Notes under the pieces: generated by a model | Told to the model about the DNA's origin: nothing | Databases searched by the model: none | The model's input: the letters and a program-made list of their open reading frames with translations, nothing else | Assembly (NCBI RefSeq): GCF_024521635.1 | Contig: NW_026250404.1 | Location: 620,001 to 684,000, forward strand | Length of the DNA stretch: 64,000 nt | Reading direction: 5' to 3' | From: Tricharina praecox | Taxonomy: Eukaryota | Made by a program: the position numbers and the translations under genes | In this document: positions 13,490-26,931 of the stretch, piece by piece | How positions within the stretch are numbered: the first letter of the stretch is position 1 | How the letters are laid out: every line of letters begins with the position of its first letter

Positions 13490-16400
13490 ATGGACGACAG
13501 TTACGAGGAAGAGTTGACCCAACCAGCGACCCAGCCACTCCCGCCGCACAACGGCATCCCCCCATCGGACGGACAGGACTACCGAGGAGTTGTCTGTTTC
13601 CTCCATCCATGCTCGCCAGCCGCCATTGCGATAGTCCGCCGAGCGAGCACCAACGGGAAACTCGTCGTGCGGCTGCCGGTGCCGGAAGATGGTGCGAAAG
13701 GACGAGCAGCGTCGGACGAATCCACCGCCGACGACCCACAGGACCAAGAGCCCACCCAGATCGAGACCAATGAGGAGAGCACTACGATCGACCTCGCTCT
13801 TCGACATGACCCAGGACCGAAGGATCCAGAGCAGGGTTTCCTGTTCGGTAGGAATCCTTTCAAATGCGACATCCTGATGATCGATAACCCAAATAATCGC
13901 CGTATCTCGAACACACACTTCAGAATATATGTAAACGCTAGGGGTGCTCTCATGCTTGAAGACAAGTCGACGAACGGTACCTGGGTGGACGACAAGCTCC
14001 TCTCCAAAACCAGCAGGTGGGGACAAAAGCGAGTTCTGAGCCCTGGAAGCGTCATCTTCATCTGCCCCGGAAAGGATGACGAATTGGTCCGCTTTGTTGT
14101 CCGGGTACCAAGGGAGTCCGGAAGGGGGTTGAAGCCAGTCCAAGGACCCGATTCCATGAACTTGAATCAGCGTCTCGCTGGCGCCAATCGTAGTCCCGCA
14201 CCGAACGTGGGGTTGCCTCGTGTCGGCGATGCCCCGCCTGGGCTTGTTCAGAGTCCTCAGCAACGTAACGTGGCCGCCCTCAAGCGTAACGCGGGCAGAG
14301 GCCCCGATGAGGCCCATCGTCGTCCGGAACAGATCGAGACTCGCGATGTTCATACCATCCGCGAGCCGTCAGGATCCATATCGTGGGGTGGTGATCATAA
14401 GTATATGCTCGCCTCGCAGATCGGAAAAGGCGCTTTCGCTACCGTCAACAAGGCGTACGAGAGGCAGAACGGAAATGTCGTGGCGGTCAAATCCATCGCG
14501 AAGAGGACGTTTGCGACGCAAATAGGAAAGGAAAACCTGGGGGTGAAGAAGGAGATTGATATCCTCGAACGTCTGAAACACGTAAGTCTTGCCTTGTCTT
14601 TGTCTTGAACCTTGTCTCAACCGCAACGACGCTGGGTACCGTGGTTTTCGTCCCATATTGCCGAGAACGTTCATATGCTGATGGTTGGCTTAAATAGCCC
14701 AATATTGTCGAGTACATAGGCTATTTCGAGGATGACACGCACGTCTATGTGGTGATGGAGTTTATCGAGCATGGCGATCTCAACAACTACCTGAACTACC
14801 ACAGCACAATGCCCGAACATGTGACCAAACAAGTTGTCACGCAGGTGCTACGAGGTCTCAAGTATATCCACGAGATGGGGATCTCGCACAGAGATCTCAA
14901 GCCGGACAACATACTCATCGCCTCAGAGGACCCGATGATCGTTAAGATCTCCGACTTTGGTCTTGCTAAGATGGTCAACAACGAGCAAACATTCCTCAGG
15001 ACGTTCTGTGGAACTATGCTCTATCTGGCGCCTGAAGTTTTCCCTGGATACATGAGCGCCATGATGGCTGAAGCGCAAGGCCTGGACGGCAACATCAAAC
15101 GGAAGAGACTCCCGGCGGACGAGGCTGGACCCCCGAAGGGAAAGAAGAATCGGCGGCCGTACAACCAGGCAGTCGACATGTGGTCGCTCGGCTGTGTGAT
15201 CTACTGTCTTCTGTGCGGCAGCCCACCGTTCGAAGGCAAGAACCAAGACGAAATGTGCCGGCTAGTAACCCGCGGTATGTTCGACGAGACCAAGCTCAGG
15301 AGCATGGTGGGAGCGGACAACGACAATTGTGTCGATTTCCTCGGCAAGCTGCTGCAGGTTCGTCCCGAGATGCGCATCATGGAGACCGAGGCTTTGCGCC
15401 ATCCGTGGATCTTTGAGGAGAATCTGGTCGAGAGTGCCTCGATGGAGTACGATGAGGATGAGGTCCTTGGCGTCGGCTACGATTCGTCACAAGTTCAGCC
15501 ATCCGCTCGTCAAGTGACGGCCGGGGACGAGGACGACGATGAAGATGCCGAGGACTCGGGCGAAGACACACCTGCGGGATGTTCTGACGAGGAGGATAAC
15601 ACCAGTAGTCTACCAACCCCTCGTGCTGCTGACAAGCGCGTTGAGACCGAGCTTCAAGGCGGCATGTCGCGGGTTAGCTTTAGTCAGGTGGAGGGAGATG
15701 ATATGTTCGACGCCCACGCCAATTCGCAATCTTCAGACTATGCAAGCTCTGGAAACGAGGTGTTTGAAAGTCTCATCAATTCTCGCCAGGAGTTTACGCA
15801 GGGGGAAACCGGCATATCGGTCATAGAGCGAGCGAAGGCCGATGTTTCTCTCAAAGGAAGCTCTGGCGTATTCCCTGCTGGCGGGCTTGACGGCTCGGAT
15901 AGCGAAGATGATGGGTCGTCGCAGTTGACCCAGCGTCTGGGAGAGGCATTCGAATATCGGGGCTTTCGACGAACGAAAGCCACCATGACTACACCCCGGC
16001 GGAGAGCTACAGAGAATAAGTTCTCGCGGCTGGCGCTCAATAATAATGCCAATGCGCCGCCATGCACACCACCCTCAGTCAAGCCCAACCAAGGTCAGAG
16101 CACGGTATCGCCATTCTCATTTGCTAACAATGCGCACTTTAACTTCTCGCCTGAGAGCTTGGGGCACCAGTCGGCGAGATCGACACAAAATTCACCACGG
16201 GCACCACCACCATCGTCTGCAGCGACCAACACGCAACCCAGGATTTTTTTCCACAGCGTCCCGCAACCCGAAGATGACGAACTCCCGGCGACACAGTCCG
16301 TGTGCTCGCAAGAGTCGACTACGCATTTCCGCGTCCCTCTCCTGCGGTGGGGCCGGCTCCTCCCGCTCCCCGGGAGCGTCTCACAGGAGCCGATCGCGCT

Positions 16401-16905
16401 GGTCGAACAGCTCGTCAGCATCGGCCGTGGAACCGGCTGCACGATCCGCCCAGACGACATCCGCATCTCGAAGTGGCACTTCGCGCTGCAGATCAACCAC
16501 TTGGGCGAGAGGGAGATGGATCCCAACCAGTCGCGCATCGGCGAGTGGAGGCCGCAGCCGGACATGGTCGTAATGTTCCAGGCCGCCGGACGCTGCGGTG
16601 TCTACGTCAACGGACGGAAATACGGCGGTGGCGAACGCGTGGGTCGGCTCTATGACGGCGACGAACTCGTGCTGTTTAAGGATACTAGCGGCGATAAGGT
16701 CGAGATCTTTGGTTACAAGGTCGAGTTGACGATTGGACGCGTTAGGAGAGACGGCCCGCCCGAGATGTTCACCGATAGTGCGCTCGGACACTTCCCGGGG
16801 GCTACTACTATCCGCTACGATGTTGAGCGCGGAGCGGGCGTGTCAATGGCAAATACGGAGATTCCGGGCGGTGGGAGTGAGGTCGGTTTTGGTACGGGGG
16901 CGTAG
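13490..16905 (+). CDS. RAD53: Rad53/Chk2-type checkpoint kinase (TQ cluster, FHA1, Ser/Thr kinase, FHA2), ~1099 aa
   Basis: Exons 13490-14581 and 14698-16905. TQPATQP; FHA FGRNP...ISNTHF...DKSTNGT; kinase IGKGAFATV, HRDLKPDN, DFG, TFCGTMLYLAPE, DMWSLG; second FHA IGRG...ISKWHF...GVYVNG. Confidence 0.93.
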
Positions 16906-17337
16906 GGGCGCGGATACGTCTGGCTTGGTTTCTTTTCTGTACGGGTGGTTTCTTTTCTGCTTCTGTACAACATGGTCTTCTTTCTCCCTCCTCTTCGTCC
17001 GTTCCGTTCCGTCTTGTTTTGGTTTTGGTTTTGCGTTTAATGTATGGGATGGGACAACGTCGTAATGTGTTATGTTTTATTTTCTCGAGCCTGCTCTTTT
17101 TGCTATTTTGTTTACCTTTTCTGTTTTCACCTGGCTGGATTCATATCATTCCTCCCTCTTCCTCCTCCCCAACCACCACGCCATGAAATTGTTGTCTTCT
17201 TGTTCTTCTTCTGGGTTCGGTCTATACCGTATGTGTTTGCGTTCTAGTCTGGATTTACTATACCATATACCATATACCAAGCAACTGGCAACTGGAATTT
17301 TTGGTTTTTTGGTTTCTGTCTGGTTTTTGTCTGGTTT

Positions 17338-17412
17338 TGTGGTTTCTGTGGTTTCTGTGGTTTCTGTGGTTTCTGTGGTTTCTGTGGTTTCTGTGGTTTC
17401 TGTGGTTTCTGT
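17338..17412. repeat. (GTGGTTTCT)n 9-bp tandem repeat
   Basis: About 8 near-perfect copies with degenerate flanking copies, downstream of RAD53. Confidence 0.9.
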
Positions 17413-17820
17413 CTGTCTGGTCTGTCTGGTTTTTGTCTGGTTTCTGTCTTGATTTTGTCTGCTAGGAAGTAGGTATTCTATTGAGCTCTAAGGATTTGCC
17501 GCGGAAAGTTCTGGAGAAATATATATGGAGAATGATGCAAAGGGTGTACGATGGATACCGGTCTGTCGAGTGGCTCAAGAGGAAAAGGAAAAGGAAAAGG
17601 GATGAGGCGGACGGGACCGAGGGGATCTACGACGAGGTATATCTACTGGTAGTAGAGAGATGGTTTAGGAACCTATTAGCTTTGATTTTCGAATTTTCTG
17701 GTCGTGATTCGGGAAATCTTGGTGTCTTTAAGAGGGCTATGGGTGCGCAGGATGTATGTACTACATTGTATGTAGAAGTCGTGTTTGCATTGCATCGAGA
17801 TATGGAACGTGAGTCTGTTG

Positions 17821-17899
17821 CCGTCTGTCTCGCAGATTCCAATGCTATGTCTTGGGGATATAAATAGTAGTTGGTGCTTGTCACGGGTGCTCACTCGTC
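17821..17899 (+). repeat. Dispersed ~80-bp repeat, copy 1
   Basis: CCGT...ATGCTATGTCTTGGGGATATA...TCACGGGTGCTCACTCGTC. Homologous copies at ~45660-45729 and ~46153-46224. Confidence 0.75.
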
Positions 17900-20800
17900 A
17901 ATGTCGAATACAATGATGATTAAACAAAAATAAAATACTTACCTACGGCAAGCCGTATGCGATAATAGACTGATGTCCCCCCCACCCCCCTCTCCACCCT
18001 ATCCCCTCCATGCCTGGCGCTTGTACATTTGTTACACCTCCCTACTAAGGTTGACCCAATCTTTTTTTGGCTATTGCAGAAAGGAAGGCAGCGAGTGATA
18101 TCAAAAGCATCCATCCGGCAAGTGGGCTCTTCCGCAGAGCAACTTGTGTGAGGTAGTAGAAATAGGCTCTCTAACATTATATATCTATGTAGCGGCGTAA
18201 ATTTTGCTGGGAGAGAGAGAGATCAAAGGTCTGTCCTCCTGGTCATACAAGGTAGGTGACGGAAATGACCGACGTCAAATGTTGTTGCTCTGGAGTCTGG
18301 CCGCTGTGCGAGAGGATGATAAAGTACTAGGTCAAAAGTTTTCGTACGATGGCCTTTTTACACCAAAATACACCAAAAATGCCCATTTTCAAGTAACCAA
18401 AACCCACCCTTCACGTGGCGGAAAAAAAATCGAGTCTTTCATAGAAGCTTTAGAATCGTAAGATGCATCACATATAAGAAGTCTGACAACTTTTACTTCG
18501 AATTGGTGGCGCTTGGTACGGTGTTGTGCACGGGTTGGAGAGTGATTTCAGATTCTGTATGGGCCCCCATACAAAATTATTGCGTGACAACCAGTTTCAA
18601 CACCAACTTCTCTCCCATACCGCATTACTCAACCACCACCAGTTAGAATTATGCGCCGATTTCAATCGAGGTTCTCTACCTGATTTAGAAGACCTTCTAA
18701 TGGTCCACATATTTTTATACTACCTTATAGTTGCTGTATCTATGGCGGGAAATCACCTACCTCAGTGAAAGGGAAATCCGCCAAGCCACTCTACTTCGCA
18801 TAAAATAATCCGCCTAGCGAGCTGGAAATCTCATTGAAGCTTTATTAGTATATATTCATGATATATGCCAATTATTAGTACTCTCTTAATTGTGGTTGTT
18901 GTGTTATAGAGATGTATGTCTGTGGTGTGGTGGCGCTTTTGGGGAGGTGTACGAAAACTTTTGACCTGGTACTTTATATATCTGCTTAATGGACTGCAGT
19001 GCACTCTCATCAACGGCTGCTTCCCGGCGTGTCACTGGTTCTTACTTCTTAGCCGTCGACCACGGCGGCGGTTATGAAGTATCGTGGCCGGCCCCCAATA
19101 CTCAATGTTCTATCAAATACGTCTCTTGAAAGAATGGTCCCCCTGTGGAAAGCGGTCGGTTGGAGTGGAAACGAATTATTACGATACTGGCAGTTACTCA
19201 GTTCGATCGTGTCCGAGTGCTTTCCATGATCCAGACTCGGTAACTAACCCTGCTTGTGATAGACGCCCTTTACGCGATATTATATACCCGACCTACAATC
19301 TCATCAGGAACTGTTATCTAGTAGAGTAGACTGAGCAAAGATAGTAGTTACATCAATACATTCCGCTGGACTCGCAGGCCGCAGGCACCAGACACCAGGC
19401 CGCAGGCGGCAGACACAACCAGAACCACGCAGCACGCAGCGAACTCGTGCAGGTATCCCCCCTTGCCCCCTCGCAAAAGTTGAAACGACACCACCTCTGC
19501 TCGGTGGGTCCGTATGTAATATGTAACCCTCAAGACTCAGGCTCAGGCTCAGGCTCGGGGAAGTAATGTCTTGTGAGCGAGTGAGCGAGTGAGCGAACGC
19601 CATGCGCGCGGAGCGATCACGAACGGCGCAAACCCGCGCTTGGAAGTTGGGGGTGCCAGGATTTTTGGCGCGCTGGGAACCGCCGCCATCATCGGCCGTG
19701 GCCAGATGCGAATGCGAGCTGATGATGCGGAACCACTCCCCTTCCGCCCTCCGCCCTCCCTCAAGTCACAGCGAGCCCCGGGAGCAGCAGCAGCAGCAGC
19801 CACAGCGAGCCCACGGATCTTGGATGCCACATGTACTCCTACAGATGAGACGGTACTTAAATACCTACATACCTACCCGGCCCTTCAACCACGTGGTCCG
19901 CCGGTCCCGGAATCGACACTCTTCGAGTGCTGGGGTCCGCAGGCCGCTGGTTTGCACACTGGCTTGCACACAGACCTGCACACAGACCTGCACACAGACT
20001 TGCACCTTGGGACTGTGCTGTGCTACATAGGCTGGGCTGGACTGGGCTACAATGCTTTTTTACCCCGCCGCCCCCCGCCCCCCGCTCGCCGCCCACGGAC
20101 AGCGGACACTGGTAGCCACGAACAGCACTTGTATGTAGAGTATGCCCTCTACATACAGCCTACAACCTACAGCCTACAACCTACAGCATACCTCGGATTC
20201 TCGGTACGGTTACCTCGATGTGAGCGCAACGATGGTCCTTTTCGTTGCACCTCGTGGACTAGGGTGGTTTCGTCGCCGACATATACCAGTACTAGTGGAT
20301 CAACTCTGCACGGTCGATGACTCGATGTCGTCACGGTGCGTTTACATGCCGGATGGTGGGATGATGGGAGGCTTGTATACCTAGTATATACGGTCGGGAA
20401 AGTGTACATATGTACGATGCCAACACCGACTCAGAGGACGGTTTTTTGGAAGTCGGGGCCTGGTTGCTTGAGCCTTGAAGCCTAAAGCGGAAGCAGAAGC
20501 GGAGTGATGGCGAGAGATGGCGAGGATGATGAGGATGATGGATGATGAGGATTGCACACATCAACTTCAATCTAATATAGGCAGAAAACAGGGCGGGGAC
20601 AGAGGGAGAAGGCTGAGGAGGAGGAAGAACGGCGAGGACGGCGAGGACCAGACTGCGGGGAGCATGGATGTTTGGATTGGATTAATTCGGAACAAGCTGA
20701 GAAAACCATCTTTGGGTATGATGCTCGTGTACTACCTACGCTACAACTACACTCAGACGGTATGTCCAACAGCCCGCAGGCTGCCACGTGGACTTTGGAC

Positions 20801-23697
20801 CGAATACACTGTCTAAACTCTGATCACTGTAGTCTGTAGGGTACAGCACCAATAAAAATATCCGGATAACAAAAGGCCGGCGGCATTTAGTGCAGACCCC
20901 AGAGTTCGACAGTAGGTTTGGCTTCGTCAGCACAAATACTTACTGCTTATGAGTACTTACGGCTTCGAGATGTGTGGTTACGTATGTACCTACGTCTCTG
21001 TTGAGCGAGTACATACCAAGTCCGAGGCTGACTGACCAAATGTCCAAAGAAGTGTGAACGCAAACTACCTATTCGGGACTTCCCGGTGGTTGCACTGGTC
21101 CTGTCAGTCTGTCAGAGATGGATGTTACACCACGATATACCACCCAGCAGTGAGCCTTGAGAGCCGAGCATCGGTCCCGACAATCCAGACCGGGACCCTG
21201 CCCAACTCAGTCCGGCGCCGCTCCGATCCCCACGGTGATTCTTGGCAGGTTTCGACGCACATAAATCGGCTTGTTTTTTTATTCGATTGCTTGCTCGATT
21301 ACTTACTTGCTTATTCCTGTATGCAGCGCGCGCGAACCCTCGCTTTTCTGCCTATCTGCAAGGCAGTGCTCAGTAGGTAGGGTGTCCACATACTCTGCAA
21401 ACTGTGCATATCGTTACAGATTCTCCCCCGTGTTTTCACGGTGCTATTCCCCATTCGAAGTTCGGGCTGCGTTTTTTTCCTTCACCAGCTGCACTGCCAT
21501 GGAGGGTGTATACGGTGGGTGATAGGGCATGTAGGTGTGTATGCACGACGTATATACGAAAAATAGAGCGCAGCGTCCAGTCCTCTGAATGAAGGGAATG
21601 GTTTTCTGTCATGCTTTCTTTTCTTTGAAGAGCAACCGTAGGGACCCGGACGTTCCACCGCAAGTAAAGAACGCGGCATCCAGTCCTCTGAACGAAGTAA
21701 ATGGCTATGCTGGCCACTATGCATTCTTTTCTTCGACGTGGGGAATCATGCGTTCCTCGGAAAGTAAAGAACGCGGATTGGCTTCTCAGAGCCGTGCTTG
21801 GTGGTACACACAGATGCACGTACGCGAGTGTACATGATTTCTCGCGATAGGTAGATTGGATTCGGGGACCCCACTCGGAGGAGCACCTGGATGTTGAAGT
21901 TCTCGAACGATGCGCGCACGGGATAGAGTAAGCAACGAATCCTTCAGCCGCGGGAGCAATGCTGAAGAGGGGAAAAATTTCGGCTCCAGCGAAGAGCACG
22001 CGTGTGTTGGAAATCCGCGGATCCGACGTTGGCCGATGGTATACGTAGTTGAACGACCGGCTCGTCACATGAATGTTCGCATCGAGTTCCGTGACGAATA
22101 GCCAGCTAGTTGGCGGTACTCGTCTCCGGAGACCCCCAAGATCTTTGGGCAGGGTGCAGTCGAGCCTGGTGCCCTAGAAAGCTGACGATGGGTTCTGAGG
22201 CGGTATCGTGAATTCACGACTTGATGTGTGAGCTTGCCACGCGGAGGTCACCGACGCTACCATAAGCGAATGTGGGGCAATATGGTAGCACAAGCGGGAA
22301 GCACTCAGCAACTACCTACGGTACATAAGCACGCAGATATGCGAGTATGTTCTCGGGTATGTATACCTACTACATACCAGCAACCGCAGACACGCTGAAT
22401 TGTAATGTGACGCATCGGATTCTTCGCGACTCGAAATCGGGGGTCTGAGGGCGCTACGGGTTATTTGGAGGTGGGGATCGATGGACGGCATCCATTTCTT
22501 CCTTCGCCCCCATATTCCAGGTTGCGTATCGAGGCCGCGACGGACGAGAGCTCCTCCAGTGATGGGAGACCGCGGAGGATGCCGGCATGGCATGTAATGC
22601 AAGTGTGCTCGACCATGGTTTGATTGCTGCTGCGTCCGAATTCGGTGTGTCTGGTTGTCTGTTTATTTGGTTGTCTGGTTGTTTGGTTGCTCAGTCAGGA
22701 TTGGCTTGGACTTGCACAGCCTGAGGTCCGGACCGCCATGCTTTTCCTCAACATTGTCTGCCTGCATTCCTCCGGTCGACTTCCGCACGAGTTCTGGGGG
22801 AGGGTGGGTTAGGGCGTGCGTATCTGGTGGGGGATGGGAGAGGATGACACACACCCACACACATAATACACATGCGCCTCGAGTCCACAGTCCACATACA
22901 TAGCAGCGCCGGGCTTAGGCGGGGCTTTTCAGCGAGTGCTGAGTGGTTCGTTTTTCCGGCGCTTGTTTTCCGCAACTTTTTCGGCAGCTTTCCTATTCTC
23001 GAAGAAACCCTGTTTGTCGTCAGCTGCCTTGCATATCAGTTTCCAGACGGTTGACGCGCACTCGATCCTATCACTTTTGCCCCGATGGGTGGCGGAACCA
23101 CGTAAGTATGATAGGTTAGGTTAGGTACGTATTGCATGCGCTGGCGCAGGCTGGTTTCATCGGTGCGCACTTCGAAACATTGCGGACCGCTCAGGCTAGC
23201 TGGTTTCTTCGGTGCGCACTCGATGCGAACCGGCAAGCCCTCCTGAAGAAGACGGCCAGACGTCCGTACCGGGATTTGGAAAAAAACTCCCATGGCTGTT
23301 CATTCCGGAAACCACCACCCCCACTGGAATTCCATCGGGGCACTCGTGCAAAGCTGCATAATCCCACTCCTTCCGCATTTCACTTGATTGAACGCCGTCC
23401 AAAACCAGGCTGTGGTGCTACTGTGAATCCACACGGAATGTGTTTTGCCGCAGTGAGCTCTTCCTGACTGTTGCTGCGTCCGGTTTGCTTCGTACAACCG
23501 TGCTGCTTACGGTAATTTTTCTGCCTCTCCGGGGCTATATAATCTGGTCTGAATCTCGAGCGTTTTGCTCTCCTTCCACGGAATCCCGTAGACATCCTAC
23601 CGCACATAGACATACCTGTCTACTTCCATACATTCCTACTTGGTTTTAACATATATCTCCCCCTTCATTTTTCATCCCAAATCATCCACTCGGAAAG

Positions 23698-24572
23698 ATG
23701 TCTCGCCAACTCCCGCACCTCACCGGATCTCGCTCTCTCTACGGCCATCAACCGCCCAATCACCGCCAAAACCACCACCACCACCAGCAGCAGCCGCACC
23801 GCCAACGTAGACTCCTCTACGTTGACGGGAACAACCCAGAGCTTAGGAACAATGCTCCCCCCTACCCCTACCCTTATAGACAGGGAAGCATCCCTCGGGC
23901 CACACTCTCAGTGGCTCGTCCCCTTCCCAGCCAGCGCGCTGTGAGTTCCACCTCCCATTCCTTGCCTGTCCGGTCAACTGACGCCCAGTCTAGGATCCTG
24001 AACCCACCGGACAGATCCTGGCTCGTACCGCCGAAGAGAGGCCCTATCTTCTGAACCTCTACCTCAGCGAGCACGACCTTCACGGCCGCATCTTCCACCC
24101 TGGCGCCCGCTTCGGCGCCGCCGAGTTTCCTGCAACTCCACGAGACAACCCGCTCGTCGATTGCCTCCTGGGAACTGTAGCTGGACCATTGGAATGTGCG
24201 GCTTACCCTCATCCTCGATTCGAAGAGCTCTCTGGAGAGGATTCCGGAGATGATTATGTGTGTAGTGGCGAGCGCCGCAATACGGTAACCATGGAGCATG
24301 AGCGCCGGCGGTGCCAGAGAGCGGAATCCGGAAGGAAGCATCACCACAGACGCCTCGACGATGCGAGTGAGCAACAGAACGTTGGTTCTTCTTCACTCCC
24401 ATTCCCAGTTCGAGAGCTGACAACGAGCAGAAGAGAAAGAATAATGATCCCAGAGCTGGCAACACCTAGTTGTCAACACCACCACCACCACTGTTCTCTC
24501 AATCCACATACACTCGTTGCAGGTCTGCCGGAAAGTACCCTTCGTTGGCAAAGGGCAGTTCGTATTGTGTAA
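23698..24572 (+). CDS. Hypothetical protein, two exons, ~273 aa
   Basis: Exon 23698-23940, intron 23941-23993 (GTGAGT...CTGAC...TAG), exon 23994-24572. The join is in frame (SQRA|DPEPTGQILART...). Confidence 0.6.
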
Positions 24573-26931
24573 CCACTTATCAGATGTGTTTTTCCGAATT
24601 CGGTCGAATTTGTTTGTCGAAGATATTTCAACTCTTTTCCTTCTCCCTATCACCATCAGCCTCCCTCCAGTTAAGGGGTGTGGCTACAACAACCACAGCT
24701 GTGGACATTGACAGATACCAGTGCTATCCGAGTCCGCAGAAAGTTTTCTTGACTGTTGTTTTGTTTATTGTTTTTTGTATTCGTTCCTGTTGCGTTTGTT
24801 TTGTCGACCGAGGGAGGATATTTGTTACTGCTGGAGGTTATTGTGTGTTGGTCCTGCCATTTCGAATTCCGTGTACGTCTTCTTTCTTCTTCTTCTTCTC
24901 TAAATTGTCATGTTAGCTATACGTACTACCAAATTGAAATCTTCACTTATCCATCCGCTTCACTTTCTCCACATGCATCCGCTCCACAAGCCAGCTAGCC
25001 AGTGTACCTCGCCCGTCCCGTCCATCCATCTGCTGCATCTGCCCCACGAGCCAGCCAACCAGCCAGCCAGCCGGGAGGGGGGCGTGACTCTGTCCAACCG
25101 TCAGCAGCAGTGCATACCTGCATCCTACATACATGCCATACACGTCTTTCTCACATGTTTCTGCCCCTTCCCATCCACCACATCGACCACATCGACCACC
25201 CAGCCTTCGCCCTCGCAGCCTTCGATCTCGTATCCCAATCCTAACCGGACCACGTCAGTCAGAGATGGCATTCTTCCGCAGGACCTTAGGACCTTAGGAC
25301 CGCAGGTCCGCAGGTCCGTAGCTGACAGCTGGCATCTAGCATCTGCAGCCACATCCGCCGTCCACATATCGCACATATCGCACATATCACAGCCGGAGCT
25401 GGAGCATCGTCGTCCGTCGCCGACGCGGCCGACGGGACCAGCAGCAGCAGCAAGAGCTGAGAGGGCGAGGGAATATGTACCCACCCCCCACCCCCGCACC
25501 CCCGCACCCACCGGCAGAGAGGCTTTGGTGGCTCCGTTGCCGGTACGGATGGATGGGAGGGAACTACGGGCTTCGACAGCCCTGGCCGGTCGCTGCGGAT
25601 CTTGTGGGCCAAGTGGGCCCTGCGGGCGATCAATTACTCGCAGCGGGATACGAGGCCGAGCTGTGTTGTGTGCAATGTGCCATGTGCCATGACGGGGGGA
25701 TGGGGTCGGGGTCGGGGCTTAGTTTGTTGGTTGGTTTATTTGCTGGTGTACTCACCCATCAGTTCGCACGTAATCTAAACCATTGTCATCTGGGTCATCG
25801 TCTTAGTGGGGGTTCGAAGGAGGGAGCCAGCCAAACAGCACGCCTCAAACAGGGCGGTCTGCCGAGTGACATGCCGTGAGCGACCATCCCATCCCATCCT
25901 CATCACAACCCGCGTTGCCGCCTCACTATATATCCCCCCCCTACTCCAGAATAGGGCTTCACTCGTCCATTCGCCACCCCCCACCCCCCCCCCCCCCCAC
26001 GAAATCTGCATCAAACCGGCATAGCCGTGCGTGGAAAAAAGGTTATCCCGTCTGACCGTCCGGTTGAATCCCGAGCCGTGGACTCAGGGCCCGCGGGGGA
26101 GGCGAGATCAGGGCTTACTGCAGATCACATCTGATGCTGTGTTCGGCGTGTAGGTAGTCAGGGTAGGTGGGGTGGGTGGGTGTGTAGGTGTGTTCAGGGC
26201 GAGAGTAAGGTTCCTGGCATCTGGCAGCTGGAATGCGGATGTCCTGACTCTTCTCGTTAGCTCGTTGGCTCGTTGGCGGGCTGGCTGGGCTGGGCGTAAT
26301 CATCGCTGATCACCGTGGGGAAGAGGAAGAATAGGGCGGACGTTGTGAGGAAACTAGTAAGCCTTGATTGTGAGCAGCAGCGTTGGTTACCGGGGGGGTG
26401 GGGGCGGGTAGGCTGGGGCGGGCCGTTGCTACGTACGGTAACCCGTCGTTACGTGCCGGCTAGGAATCACATGGGAATGGATGGATGTTTGGGTGTTTTT
26501 TGTTGGTGTTGTGTTGTGGTAGCGTTGTGGGAGCCTGGTAGGTACATGCTTACCGGTACTTGTGTGAATGGGTTGGATTGAGCACGGAAGTTGAGGGCGT
26601 GGTCATGGGTTGGGTGGGTGGGGCACAGATGATGTGATACATACCGGCAATGCGGATATGGTTAAGCTTATGGTTATGTGCTATCACATTCACATGAGAA
26701 TGATCTCTGTTGTTGTCGGATTGTGTTGTGTTGTGTTGCGTCATACGCAAGGCTGGATTAGAGTCTGTCTCCGCCTTCGGGTTATCTAAAATCCTGCCCG
26801 ACGGAATATGTAAAGCCCGGCCACCACCACCACCAGCGGAATATCTAAAGCCCGGCCGCAAAAGGCATTGAAAAGCGTATACTTATTATACATTGCATCA
26901 TCTCGTATTGTCCCGCACCCCCCACCGCTCT

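Noticed and set aside
13451..14353. 300-aa antisense ORF over RAD53
   Set aside because: Shadow ORF of a GC-rich coding strand.
17481..17867. 128-aa ORF with a KRKRKRKR run
   Set aside because: Non-ATG start, the basic run comes from an (GGAAAA)n repeat, and the end runs into the dispersed repeat.
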